A stretch of 51,909 nt of DNA, counting the filler, from Aduncisulcus paluster (Eukaryota): the NCBI GenBank assembly GCA_024181965.1. It is 3 parts of 3 records of this genome, joined end to end, with 100 filler letters (N's around TTAATTAATTAA, not from the genome) between each part and the next. Parts side by side here need not be neighbours in the genome. Positions count along the whole stretch, not along the records: positions 1 to 21,082 come from BQXS01013869.1; positions 21,183 to 44,785 come from BQXS01013872.1; 1 more part is not named here. The stretch is one strand, 5' to 3'. This document shows, in pieces, positions 10,921 through 23,801 of this stretch. The notes below the pieces were generated by a model, which was given only the letters and a program-made list of their open reading frames with translations, was not told the origin of the DNA and made no database searches. The translations under genes and the position numbers were made by a program. The first letter of the stretch is position 1. The number at the start of each line of letters is the position of its first letter.

Positions 10921-13900
10921 ATGGAAGGTTCCACACCTAGTATTAGTTCAATTGCTCATTTCGCGCAATCTTTTCCAGAGTGATCACTCTTGGCGAAACT
11001 TCTGGAATTTCTGGACCTGCTGGAACTCAAGGAAATTCAGGAACCACTGGAATCAGTGGGAGGCATGGTATTATGCATGGAGCTCATGGAACACATGGAG
11101 GACCAGGGTCTTGCGGTCAAAATGGAAATCCTGGAGTACATGCAACTTCTGCAACCCCCTTAACTCTTACTTTATCGGGAACGGAGCATGCAGTCTCTGT
11201 TCATGCAAATGGAATGCCCCAACCAATTGTTGATCTCACATCTTCGGGTAGTCAAATCATCTATTGTGATGTCTCCGGTGGTCATGGAGGTAAAGGTGGT
11301 GATGGAGGAAGAGGTGGTGATGGAGGAAGAGGAGGAGATGGTGCTCGTGGATCACATGGTCATGATGCTACATTTGCTGGTGAAAGAGGAGGTGATGGTG
11401 GTCCTGGAGGGCATGGAGGAAGAGGTGGTGATGGAGGAAGAGGAGGAGATGGAGCTCGTGGTGGAGATGGTGGAAATGGGAGTGAATGCTATGTTAGTGT
11501 CACAGATTCCCGTTTTTTTGTGTTATGTGGTGTTGACGTCCGTCGAGGAAATGGTGGTAAAGGTGGTTTTGGTGGAAGAGGTGGAACGGGTGGCCGTGGA
11601 GGCCGAGGAGGTTTTGGTGGGAGTGGTGGGAGGACCGAGCAAACAGGATGGTGATCATCATATTTCTAGAGGAAGCGATGGATCTTCTGGTTCCCATGGA
11701 ATAGCTGGTCGAAAAGGAAGCGACGGAGCGCATGGAAGACGAGGTGCTTGTGGTAATGATGGAATTGATGGTTCTGTTCTCTATAAATTGGTAGATGTTT
11801 CCACTGGATTAGTCCTCGAAGAATCTCCTTTTCCTCTCAATATCAATCTTAGATCTTGGGCATGTGAATCATTCCATCGAGATGGTATCTTTGAGCCCGG
11901 TGAGCGAATTGAACTTAGCTCATTTGCACTCGACAATCCAAATTTGTCCCTCACCTTTCCTGAGAGTGCTTTAATCGGACTCCCACCTTATTCCGAAACA
12001 ATTATTGTGTACAAAAATGATATTTCCGTCCCTGTTATCCCCCCTGGAGGCTCATATCTCCATGAAGATTCACTCGTGGCTTCTATTGTGTCTGAGCCTC
12101 CTCTACCTCTGTCTTATGAAAAGACCTTTCCCAAGGGAATTCCCGAGAGATCGACATTCGACACTAAACCTCTGGTACGTTATTACCCAGTAACTCCGAG
12201 TGTTTCTATGTTCAGGAGAAAGTTTATGGATGGTTCGAATAAGAAAACACTGACTGTACAATACCCTGTCAATATAGCCTCCTATTCTCACCCTCCAAAA
12301 GCCGTTCCTCTGGTGCCATTTGCCGTGGATACCATCATTTCCAATATCTCCACAAGACCATATGGGGGATCTGAGTCTGACTCAACTACTGGTCTCTCAA
12401 CAGGAACAGTCACCATTGATATTATTTCAAGTGCGCTAATGCAAGATCCCATTGTAACCGAGTTCACCATTGACCAAATCCTCAAAGAGAAAAAGGGACA
12501 TGATGGCCTCATTGTTGCTGAGGATTTAGACCCTGAGAAAGTAGAAGATAGTATGCCTGGAATGAAGGATGAAGAAAAACCATGGAGTTATGATTCTACT
12601 CCGATTATTCTCGATGATTTTGGATATGCCTCCATCATGAAAACATCCGAGAAATCTGTTGTCACTGAGACTAAGAAGCCTGATTTCCTCTTCCCCCCTT
12701 CCATCCAAGACCGGATCTCCCTTGCTAGTGATTTTGCACCCATGTTCAGTATTCCTGGCTCTGAGGATTCAACTCTGGGAAAGGAAAGGATAAGAAAACT
12801 CTTGCACGGAATGAGATTACAGCCTCAACTGTGGGGCCCTGGAACTCGTTCTTTAAGGTCTATCTTTGCCCTCTCCCAGGATGCTCCATTCTATTCCCAT
12901 GTCCCTATCCAATATCGTCTCAATCTCCGTGGTCTCCCAGTGCAAAAGGAAGAACAGAGTATCCAATCCGCTCCAGGCTACACACACACTGGTAATACTC
13001 TCTGTATCTTCAATGAGACAACCACACGCGAACAATTTAGAAATTGGAGTGGATTATTCAATGCCGATATCGAACAAGATGCTTCCGGAAAGATTCAACC
13101 CCCAGGCCACCCTCCATTGGCTATCGCCCATGCCAGGTCTGACACTGTGCTATGCGGGTGTGATTATTTTGACTCTCAATTATATCAAGGAGTGAGTCAT
13201 GTTGCATCCTTGCCAGCCATGGGCCAAACAACATCCAACTTGAGGGCACCTTGGGTTGGGAAATATAAAGGAAGTTTGATTGTTGCTACCTTTGGGAAAA
13301 CACAAATGGGTGGCGTTCTGTCGAATCAATGCATGTATTCTATCCGTGGGCTTGATGCTATTGATCTCATTGATCATTTCTCAAGCTCTCCATTGTGTGG
13401 TTTTGACTCCCTTGAGCTTCAAGTTATGGTTCAACAGATGATTGAGACTGGCAATCCAATTACATCTTCTCCTAAAACGCCTGATGATATTCCTAAATCT
13501 AAGGCAGTCTCCTTCCATACAAAACCCAAGTCCACCATACTGATCCCTCAAAATATGAAGTATATTGATAGTGGGATAGTCATGACTGGTGTCGGCATGC
13601 CTGAGCTTCTTGGAACTTTCATCAATGGGTGTGACAATAACGGAGTTGTTTCCCAGATATCCTTATCTTCTTCGAAGGCAGAAATGGAAGTTGATCAACA
13701 TTCCGATCAAACCCATTTGATGTATCGAGCTGATAACCTCAATAAGTTCATGTTCTCCCTTGGTTGCTGTCAACACTTTACTTATGATCGTGGGGCCAAG
13801 AAGTTAGCGAAGATTATCAAGGAAATGAACAATGAGGATGATACCCACATTCATATCGGATATTTGGGTGCTCCATCACCACGTGGAAAGGAAGGACCCA

Positions 13901-14847
13901 TGGCCGAGGCTGCCATATTCAAAATACGGCTTCCAAAGTCATCTGCTTTCTCCATTGTTCCTCCCAAACAGCGAGAAGAAGTTGGATTTGTACTGGCCAC
14001 TTTGTGCTGTTCTCCAACAATTCGTCTTGTTTCTCTCCTCTCTTCTTTCCCATCGCCTCAAAACGAGCGTATTCATCGATCACATTTGCAGACAAACTAT
14101 TTCAGAGGAGCAGCAGAAAGAAAAGGTGGATTTCCGATCTCACTGAATTATGAAGATGCAATTTGTTTGGCTTTGTGTGAGAAACTTATGAATGAATACG
14201 ATTACGCTCATGTTCATAAAGAATTTCTTCCTTTCAACCCTGGATCTTTCACTGATATTACCCATATTTCAGAGACCTGCATTAAGCATTTTGTTCCAGC
14301 TTATTCAATTGTTTCAGATGCTTTTGTAATCTGGAGCAAGCACATCAGTGAACATCAAAAGATGAGCACAGTATTGTCTCCTTCAATCTTTGTTCCAATT
14401 GCAATGGCCTTCAAGAAGTTCTTTGCTAACCATCGGTCAGTCAAAACAAAGTCCCAAAAACTGTATCTTCACAATGCTCAGAAAGCCTTCCAAGTCATCC
14501 TCGATATCCTTTTCCCTCACAATGATTCAACTTTACTATGTGAGATTGGTATCCGCGAAGAGCGAGGATTCTCATCATTCTTATGTTTTTCCAAAGCAAA
14601 GCCCAATGTGACTGATTGTTTTAAATGTTTCGGACAAGTTGAAGAAGTCTCAAAGAAACAATTTTTGAAACATGTCCAGAGCAGAACTAAATATACCCCT
14701 CGATTGTATGATATATTAAAGGATGTTGGAATTGATCCTGCAGTATTTAATGATAAAGAAGAAAAAGATCTCTCCAAATATATCCTTGTTGATACTCACA
14801 AATCTTCTAGTCATAACCCTTATGAATATCTGTACAACGGAGCATAA
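10921..14847 (+). CDS. Large protein with N-terminal Gly-X-Gly/collagen-like repeats; reading frame broken at ~10980 and ~11628
   Basis: ATG at 10921 follows an A-rich leader and closes at TGA 10981. The Gly-rich frame runs 10980-11654. The Gly-rich pattern then continues in the +1 frame (GPSKQDGDHHISRGSDGSSGSHG) into the long ORF ending at 14847. Confidence 0.7.
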
Positions 14848-15505
14848 TCCTTATAGATATCTACATAATGGAGATATCTAAATCTAGAAAATCTCTGTAT
14901 TAATATAACACATTATTGTCGGTTTTATTCATTGTTTTTTTATTCGTGATATCTTCTTCATTTTTTGTTGTTTATATAGTACTTTTTTATTTGATCATGT
15001 GTTACACGTGTTTCTTACACTAGCATACAGGCTCACTAGTGTAATATTGGAGTTTTAGTGTTGTTGTGCGTAGCATTGGGCCAAAACTTTATTCAAGAAA
15101 ACCTTCTGGATTATCTACTTCATTTTAGTAAAATTTTGAATGTTATTTCAAACCTCGCTCCACATGTGAAAGTTAATTCTTGGTCCGGTAAACGCAATCT
15201 AAAGTAACCATTTTCAACTAAAATATTAATCTTCAATCTACTTTTTAAAATTTATCCCATTCAATTTATTTTCCAAAAGTAATTTCATGGGATAATGTCA
15301 AAAAATCAAAAATTATCTAACTCGGGAAATCATGATTAATTTTGATATATACCTTGATAAATATTTTATAAAGATTAATTTTAGTCGAAATTATGTATAA
15401 TTTGGTTATTTATTAAACCATGTTAATGACATCAAAAATAAAAAAATTCTGTTTGGCTTTTTCTTCGTTTCACAAACTATATCATTTATTATTCAACCAT
15501 AAAAT

Positions 15506-16261
15506 ATGAAAGATCTTGAATATTGTCGGGTTCTTGTTACAGGAGCCTCAAGAGGTATTGGAAAACAAATATCTCTAGATTTCTCTGAAAAAAAGGCTCA
15601 TCTAATTCTAACGGGAACAAAAAGCTCAACGTTGGAGAAAATTAAGAGCGAATGTCTTGCTAAGGGAGCTTCTTCAGTTCAAATGGTTGTTGTAGATTTT
15701 TTGACAGATTCTCTTGATCCTGTTGCCTCTGCCTGCAAAGAAGGACTTGATATTTTTGTATGTAATGCTGGAATCTATAAACCAGGTTTACTTTGCACAG
15801 GTTCCTCTGATACTAAGGAAAAGCGAATATATGAAACCATCAAGGTCAATCTAACAATTCCAATGGTACTTTCTTCACTTATTTCACCAATTATCATAAA
15901 ATCACAGAAGATCCGTGAGAGATCTCATCTTGAAAATATTGGAGCACTTATTTTTATCAATTCAACATCCACCTTTTGGCCTTCACCTCAAGAAAGTGCT
16001 TATGTCGCAAGCAAAGCTGGACTTTTAGGATTTTCTGATAGTATTTTCCCCGAATTACGAGAGAAAGGAATCAAAGTATGTTCAATTCACCCCAGTTATG
16101 TGAAGACCGACATTACAAGCGACATGTGTAAATACGGAGGCTTAGACTCCAAGAAGATCCTTACTCCCAAAGATGTTTCCGATTCTGTCCTTTGGGCATG
16201 TTCAACCTCGAACACGTGTTGTCCATCCATGATAAAACTAGAGACTCAGAAAACACCTTAA
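15506..16261 (+). CDS. Classical short-chain dehydrogenase/reductase
   Basis: TGASRGIG, CNAG, catalytic NS...YVASK, IHPSYVKT. Confidence 0.93.
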   Translation: MKDLEYCRVLVTGASRGIGKQISLDFSEKKAHLILTGTKSSTLEKIKSECLAKGASSVQMVVVDFLTDSLDPVASACKEGLDIFVCNAGIYKPGLLCTGSSDTKEKRIYETIKVNLTIPMVLSSLISPIIIKSQKIRERSHLENIGALIFINSTSTFWPSPQESAYVASKAGLLGFSDSIFPELREKGIKVCSIHPSYVKTDITSDMCKYGGLDSKKILTPKDVSDSVLWACSTSNTCCPSMIKLETQKTP

Positions 16262-16965
16262 TTTCTTGTAACAGATTCTTTGGAAATAAGCAGAAATTAT
16301 ATTTGATTAGAATCTAAAATGACCCTATTAACGAATTAAATTTATTAATTAAATTCATATCCATTGGATGATTTATAGAAAGTCTGAGAATTCACAAGAC
16401 CTTGATAACTAGATATATTAATATTAATATTTATGTTTTCTAATTTAATTTTTCGCATTGTTTCTTATTTCGTAAAGAGGTATGCCAATAGATATGAATA
16501 GTAATCGTAAAAAGTAATGAATTGGGTATTAAATGTAAAGTATATCGTTAAATTATGAGTTCCTTGTCAAGATATGAAGATGAGGAAAACTCTGTTCATA
16601 TGAATGTCCTTCCAATAAAAGTTGTACGAAGAAAAATAACGAATCACATGAAATTAATCACGAATCAAGCGTGGAAATCAAAAAGAGCGCATGAGATTCT
16701 CATGCATGAGAATAAGAAAGGAACTACAGAAGAGAAATATTAAATAATTATTACGATTTCAAAATAGTTCATAGAAAAAAAAAAAAAAAAAAAAAAAAAA
16801 ATAAGAAAGAAAAATCAGAACCCAGAATAATATTCTGAGAATATCAGTGCAGAGAAAGAAGATAAGATGAGAAATTTGATGTTGATTGTATATAGTACAG
16901 TACAGTACAGTATATCAGTATTGTGGTACAGTATAGCAATTGTTATCTGAACTAATTTTAATTCA

Positions 16966-19925
16966 TTATTCAAACATGAAATCTGTATCAAAATCCATTA
17001 CAACCTTTCGTTGCTCTTCTGCGCGATCCCATACATCAGTTTCATCTATCACAATGCCCCCAGCAGCCACATCTCCCTTCTGAAGCAACGACTGTTTCTC
17101 TCTGTCTTTCTCCTCCTTGATTCTGGCTTCCTCAGCCAACTCTCTCTTCCTTCTCCGCTCTTCCTCTTCTTCTTGTATTTTCAAAAGTTCTTCTTCTTTC
17201 TTAATTCGTCTCAGAGCAAACCAAGAAGGGTGTTGTTGGCGATATTCTTCCTTTTGTCGACGTTTCTCTTCTTTTTCTTTCTTCTTCTCCTCTTCACGGA
17301 CTATTTTTAGATCGAGTTTATGTTGTGCCTGAATTTCTCTTTGTTTCTGCAATTTCTTTTTAAGAACTAACTTCTCTTGTTCCCTTTGCCGCTCTTTCAT
17401 GGCTTTGGCAACTCTTTCTTCCTTTGTTTTCAGTTGGAATAGCCTGAGAAAGTACACAATATTTCCTTCAAATATACCGCGATTGCTCATCAAAAAGCCG
17501 TCATCCGTCACTCTAATTGTATTTTTAACCCGTTTTTTCACTTGTTTAATGCCAATACACTCCAAACAGTCATTCCCACGCTGCATACTTTCAAATTTCT
17601 TCATATCTCTTTCAACTTTCTTCCTCATTTTCTTCTCCTCTTCACGGACTATTTTTAGATCGAGTTTATGTTGTGCCTGAATTTCTCTTTGTTTCTGCAA
17701 TTTCTTTTTAAGAACTAACTTCTCTTGTTCCCTTTGCCGCTCTTTCATGGCTTTGGCAACTCTTTCTTCCTTTGTTTTCAGTTGGAATAGCCTGAGAAAG
17801 TACACAATATTTCCTTCAAATATACCGCGATTGCTCATCAAAAAGCCGTCATCCGTCACTCTAATTGTATTTTTAACCCGTTTTTTCACTTGTTTAATGC
17901 CAATACACTCCAAACAGTCATTCCCACGCTGCATACTTTCAAATTTCTTCATATCTCTTTCAACTTTCTTCCTCATTTTCTTCTCCCACTCACGTTGTTC
18001 AGTATCTTCAGTATCCTCCTCGCCTTTATCCATATCATGATCTTGTTGATGTTGATGTCCTCGTTGACTTTTCTTGACTTTCTCAGCGGAGGATGAGACA
18101 GAAACAAAAGAAGAAACTGTTTGGGGTAAGCTGGACATCGAAGATAAGGAAGAAGAATAACTCCGAACTTTAGTCTTGGATTTCTTAGAGTGTTTTCCGC
18201 GAGGTGTCAGAGACGACGACTGCTGGGAAGACCCAGAAGAGATCGATAGTTTGGAGAATAGCTGTCCAGTATCTGAATCATCCAGAAATGACGATGAATA
18301 CACTTGATCAGACGATAACGTATGTGGAGACAGCTGCGTATCACTATATGTTCGCCCTCTTCCATGGGTTTCATGGCTCTCTCGACGCCCAGTATCTTTC
18401 AGAGAGATATCAGAACGTATCCTTGTGTCCTTCTCAGTCATATAGAGTTCATCGGAGCTTCTGATGACCTCGTCGTACTCATCTGTCCAACTCTCAGTCG
18501 AGGTGTCAATGTGTGCAAGCAAAGGCATGAAAGCCATAACATGGGAAGGGGATGAGTTCTGACCTTCCTCAGATTCTAGCTTGTATGTTTGTTTTTTAAG
18601 AGATATGGTGACATCAACATCATGTAAAGGACCAGATTTGGAATGAGATTGGTTGATACTCTCCTTCTTCTTGCCTTCACCAATGTGATCAGCCGCATCG
18701 GAAAATAAAAGACTCTGCTCTTTTGTTCTAGATTCATCCCTAGCTTTCCTGGCACGTTCTCTGGCGATTTTCTTCTGCTCTTTCCTCTTATCTTTCTCCT
18801 TTCTCTTCTTCTTTTCAGAATCGGCTCTCCAATCTTTCTGACGAAGTTTTTCCATCAACTCAATCATCTTGGCAAGCCGTTTCTGTTCTTTTTTATCGAC
18901 ATTGCCCTTTTTAACTCTGATTAAGGCGTGATTTTCTATTGATTTGTTAATATTTCTTTGAAGACGTTTCATATAAATAGATTCTTTCACAGTTGGAGCA
19001 TTGACTTTTTGCAATGGCCATACGAGGAATAATAAACCAAGACACACTGATGCTACTCCTCCTATGCCCATATAATATGAGTCTAAACCCAATAAAATGG
19101 CACTATATTGGAGAGTAGAGACACTTTCATCGATGGTAGAATAATGCAATGTTGCACTTGGTGACGAAGTATCAGAATCATAATCATAAATGTTTTGATG
19201 ACGCTCTGCTTGATTAATGCAAATAATCATCGTATTATTACCACTTTCATGACTACGAACAAGATTAGAAAAATGTTCAGCCATAGGTTTTGTATAATAT
19301 ATACCCTCTGAAAATGAATATATAATAAGAGCACTATTAACTCACGTTGTTCAGTNNNNNNNNNNNNNNNNNNNNAACCCAATAAAATGGCACTATATTG
19401 GAGAGTAGAGACACTTTCATCGATGGTAGAATAATGCAATGTTGCACTTGGTGACGAAGTATCAGAATCATAATCATACATGTTTTGATGACGCTCTGCT
19501 TGATTAATGCAAATAATCATCGTATTATTACCACTTTCATGACTACGAACAAGATTAGAAAAATGTTCAGCCATAGGTTTTGTATAATATATACCCTCTG
19601 AAAATGAATATATAATAAGAGCACTATTAGTATAAATATCAAATGCGTAAATTTTGCATAAATATCTCAATTTTGAATATGAAAATAGTGAAGGCACCAA
19701 ATCTTGATCATGGGGAACCCCCTTATAACTTTCAATTGTTAATGAATCTACTTCGATTCTATATGGTTGACATGGTTGTTGTTGTATATAATTTATAAGT
19801 CCCAGCAGTCTACAGTAGTATACGAGCCAATAAATCGATTGTGTAAAAAATATAATGGAAATAACGAGAAAAAGAACAAAAAAGAAGATTCTAGTAACTT
19901 GAATTGAGGTGTTATTATTATTCAT
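16966..19925 (-). CDS. Unknown protein with two predicted TM segments near the N-terminus and a long charged/Ser-rich C-terminal region; split by a gap duplication
   Basis: ORFs 19227-19931 and 16966-19284 share a duplicated segment across a 20-N gap. Hydrophobic segments IFFFVLFLVISIIFF and GIGGVASVCLGLLFLVW. Confidence 0.65.
17282..17986. repeat. Exact 348-bp in-frame tandem duplication inside the CDS
   Basis: A 116-aa block (KKMRKKVERDMKKF...IVREEE) occurs twice with identical nucleotides. Confidence 0.9.
19086..19629. repeat. Tandem duplication around a 20-N gap (offset 290) with a stray 16-mer copied from ~17988
   Basis: 19086-19339 matches 19376-19629 with one substitution (ATA/ATG-type change). 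ACTCACGTTGTTCAGT before the gap matches ~17988-18003. Confidence 0.85.
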
Positions 19926-20100
19926 TAACACTAGATATGCTCAAAATGCTCGGATTTGTGGAGTCTTCTCAATCTGGCCTGATAATCTTCTTTAGTCCAA
20001 TCAAAATTTTTGTAAAAACATTGAAAAATATCTTTTCAATTTATTGATCTGTTTCAAAATATCCATGTTTTCGCTCAGCAAGTTTTCTCCTTGGTTGCCC

Positions 20101-21082
20101 ATGTCTGATATAAAAATCCTGACATTCCGCCGAAAAGGGGCTTCTGATTTAGAGGTTCATAAAATACCTCAAAAGAAGCTGTCAATTTATGAAGATCAGC
20201 CTAATATCAAGATTATTAGTGTAAGAGATATTCTGCCATTGGATAGATCATTTCAATATTCTGACAGGGTAAAATTATTTATTAAAACAATGCCTGATGT
20301 GTCCAATGAAGCTCCATCCTCTCCTTTGTTTGGTTTTGGTCATGGTTCCCCCACAGCCTCAATTGGGAGTGCTGGTCCATTAGGTGACCTTGCAGAAGGA
20401 ATTATGACCCGTCCTTCAAGAAAGAAAGATAAACGTAGCAATAAGCGGCGAAAGAAATCATCTTTTGATATCACGGATTTGGCCACCCAGATGCGGAAGG
20501 AGAAGCGGCAACATAAACGTCAGTCCCAAACCCGTTTATTGACTGACATCTCTAGCTCTGGAAAATCTTCCCAGCCTTTCCCGCAATCTTCTTCCTTTCC
20601 TTCACAACCAGAAGAAGGAGAACGTGAAGAAGGTGAGTGTTTTTCCATTCCTTCGTCCCCCGGTGATAATAATAATGGTCCTACATTAAGCAGACCATCT
20701 GTGAAGAAAGCAGGCGATATATCTCGTAAGCGTCACAAAGAAGAAGAAAAAGAAAAGGAAGAAGAATTCGATGATGATGAGTCATCCAATTCGATGGATG
20801 ATCTTGCTGCTGAGAAAAAAGAACTTGAAAGAATGCTGGAAGAAGGCGGGATGGATAGTATGGATGGTGAAGATGAGAGTGAAGAAGAAGATGACTTTGG
20901 AAGTAGAAACCCCAAGGAAAAGCAGCAAACATCGTTGACACGGAGGGAAGAAGAAAAGAAGACAAAGAAACAGAAGAAGAATGTCTCCAAACACAAAGAA
21001 GAGGATTCTGAGAATGATCTCTTCGATGTTATGGATTCCCTTGAGAAAGAAAGGAAAGAAGCGGCCAGACGGAGGAAGAAAC
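20101..21082 (+). CDS. Unknown low-complexity acidic/basic protein, 3' truncated at a contig end
   Basis: Open frame of about 330 codons running into the N linker; no recognisable domain. Confidence 0.65.
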
Positions 21083-21182
21083 NNNNNNNNNNNNNNNNNN
21101 NNNNNNNNNNNNNNNNNNNNNNNNNNTTAATTAATTAANNNNNNNNNNNNNNNNNNNNNNNNNNNNNNNNNNNNNNNNNNNN
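21083..21182. other. Artificial contig-concatenation linker (N44-TTAATTAATTAA-N44)
   Basis: Palindromic six-frame stop linker centred in a 100-nt N spacer; an identical construct is at 44786-44885. Confidence 0.95.
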
Positions 21183-23801
21183 TTCTTCAGTGGTCTCAGT
21201 GGTTTCTTCAACCTTGGGCTCTTCAACCTTAGGCTCTTCCTTTTCAACATATACGTCAACGAGAGCAGAAGTACTAACTGGGGAGAAGGTTATGCCAGAC
21301 ATGTCCACACAGACACAGCTTCCTCCTTCAACACAGGCTTTAACGAAACCAACAGCATTCATGGAGGAGAACATGTTGAAACCGAGAGAGACCTTACGGA
21401 GAGTACCAGCCAGTCCTGTGGGATGAGGTTGACGGAAGAACTTGAAGAGAGTGACATCTTCGGGTTCCTTACCTTCCTCGACAGGGGCAGGGGTCACGCC
21501 GACACCTTGGACACACTTGTCAGTGATCTTGTTGCCAGCAATGTCGAGAACTTGGAGTTTCTCACAAGAGTCTTGGAGGAACTCAAGCAAGTCACGGACG
21601 GAATCACCAAGCTCACACCTGGGCAAAGAAAGCTCAATGAGCATGGGAACTTCCTGGAGAGAACTAATAAGTCCCGACATGTTTGAACCAAGGTTGAATC
21701 CACGGATGTCGATTTTGGTGCAAGCGGTAGCATCAGAAGAGTTGGAAAGGAAGAAGTCAAGGAGACCAATGGCAACATCACCAGCCTTCTCGGCCTTGTT
21801 GTGTGTGAGCACAAAGGTAGTGAGGTCACAGACACTCTCAGAGCCTTCTTCTTTGAAGATATGAACACGGGCAGCATGTTGGAAGGCCTCGAGAACGGGA
21901 GCAGTCATGGTAGAGGAAGAGATAACGAACTCTTTGATGGCTTTCTGTCTGGTATCAACGAGATTATCAATGTAAGCAAGAACATCGTTGTAGATAGGGA
22001 ATTTCATTTTCTTCTCGTTCATGAGGTCCAAGAAGGTACGTCTAACGTTAGTGAACACAGTAAGGGGCTTCATGTTAGCAAATTCACGGTGGTCGGGTGT
22101 GATATACTCAGACTTCTTCTCACAGGCCTCGTGGAGACGGTTGAAGAGGGAGTGGAAAGTAGAGAGAACAGAGGGAATGGCAGTGAAGTGGTATGGGGTA
22201 ATGACATCCTGGACAACAGTCTCAGCCTTCTTGGGGGCAGGAGTGGGCTCAGCAACGACTTCTTCCTCCTTCTTCTCTTCCTTGGCTTCCTCCTCTTCCT
22301 TCTTCTCCTCTTCAGCAACCTCTTCCTTGGGCTCCTCCTTAACTTCTTCTTCTTCTTCCTCTTCGACCTCAACCTCAACTTCCTTCTTCTCTCTGATCTT
22401 CAAGGTGACACGACCAGACCCAAGAACAACCTCAGCGATTTCTTCATGGGACCAGGTGACCTCAGGGATGAGGGTTCCTTTCTTCATGACAAAGACACCA
22501 TCGAGACAGACAAGAAGATCCATGTCTTCGCCTTCAATGAGATCATCCTGGACAACAGTCTCAGCCTTCTTGGGGGCAGGAGTGGGCTCAGCAACGACTT
22601 CTTCCTCCTTCTTCTCTTCCTTGGCTTCCTCCTCTTCCTTCTTCTCCTCTTCAGCAACCTCTTCCTTGGGCTCCTCCTTAACTTCTTCTTCTTCTTCCTC
22701 TTCGACCTCAACCTCAACTTCCTTCTTCTCTCTGATCTTCAAGGTGACACGACCAGACCCAAGAACAACCTCAGCGATTTCTTCATGGGACCAGGTGACC
22801 TCAGGGATGAGGGTTCCTTTCTTCATGACAAAGACACCATCGAGACAGACAAGAAGATCCATGTCTTCGCCTTCAATGAGATCATCCTCGACAACAGGGG
22901 TGGGGGCAGGGAAATCCTCTTCATTGGGTTCTTCTTCTTTCTTCTCCTCTTCCTCTTCCTTCTTTTCTTCATCTTCAACCTTTTCTTCTTCACCTTCCTT
23001 CTCCTCTTTCTCAACAGGAGCAGGGGCGACGGGTTCCTTCTTCTTATTGGCAATTTCCTTCATTTTTTCTTTCTTAATCTTTTGGGCCTTCTTTCTCTTC
23101 TCAACGGGAGCATCTTCCTCCTTTTGGAGCTTGGAGAGGGAGAATAATTCAACACCGAAGAAAGGACTCTTGGAAACCTCAAAAACGTAACGCTCACGGA
23201 CCTCGACAACGCTGAGTTCACTTCCAAGGGATTTGAGACATGTGAAAACTCTGTTAACCCAGTATGCGATTGGGAAAGGCTTCTTGATCATGGAGACGAT
23301 AGAAGGGGGCAAGAAATCTTTGGGAGCAGTTTTGGAGAAGAAATCAGCCTTGTATCTAGTTTCAGAGTAAGCTCCAATGTCGTTATAGTAGAAAAGAGCA
23401 GTCAAATACACACCACTGTCAACGGTAACGGGAATTTGACCTGTCAAAACCATGTTATGGAGGGAGAAAACCAAAAGATGCAAAGTGGTCTCGTCATATT
23501 CCGATAAACCATGCAAAACACTTTCCGGGAGCATGGAAAGTTGAGCACAGAGAGACAACTCAAGCTTGTTTCCATCTAAGCCTTGCTCGGCCAAAGTGGC
23601 ATCCTTTTCGAGTTCAGTCAACACACCTTCAGCATCTTTGTACTTAAGAGTGAAGCATTGTTTTTCAAAAATGTTGAAACGATGAGCAACAGCATCAAGA
23701 ACTTCACCACCTGTGGTGTCCTTATCCACATACATCTTTTTGACGGATTTATCAGGACAGAGCACAGATAATATGATCCTATCGTTCTTTTTAGATTCCA
23801 T
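21183..23801 (-). CDS. FERM-domain + RNI-like leucine-rich-repeat protein, 3' truncated
   Basis: N-terminal ubiquitin-like F1 lobe (VLCPDKSVKKMYVDKDTTGGEVLDAV), F2 (ILTG-like VLTGQIPV, LTALFY, SPFFGVELF), then LRRs (LIELSLPRCEL, LQVLDIAGNKIT, LRKVSLGFNMF). Confidence 0.75.
22205..22888. repeat. Exact 339-bp in-frame tandem duplication inside the FERM gene
   Basis: The 113-aa block DDLIEGEDMDLLVCLDG...ETVVQD occurs twice with identical nucleotides. Confidence 0.9.

Noticed and set aside
11188..11630. VVMEEEVVME-rich N-terminus of the 1219-aa ORF
   Set aside because: Off-frame translation of the GGT/GGA glycine repeats.
21127..21138. Perfect palindrome TTAATTAATTAA (also 44830-44841)
   Set aside because: Centred in N runs; a standard artificial six-frame-stop linker, not biology. 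Gene adjacency across it is meaningless.
21801..23190. Long antisense ORFs (448 and 389 aa), and 31486-32571 opposite the kinase
   Set aside because: Shadow ORFs caused by biased codon usage of the real genes; low-complexity translations.
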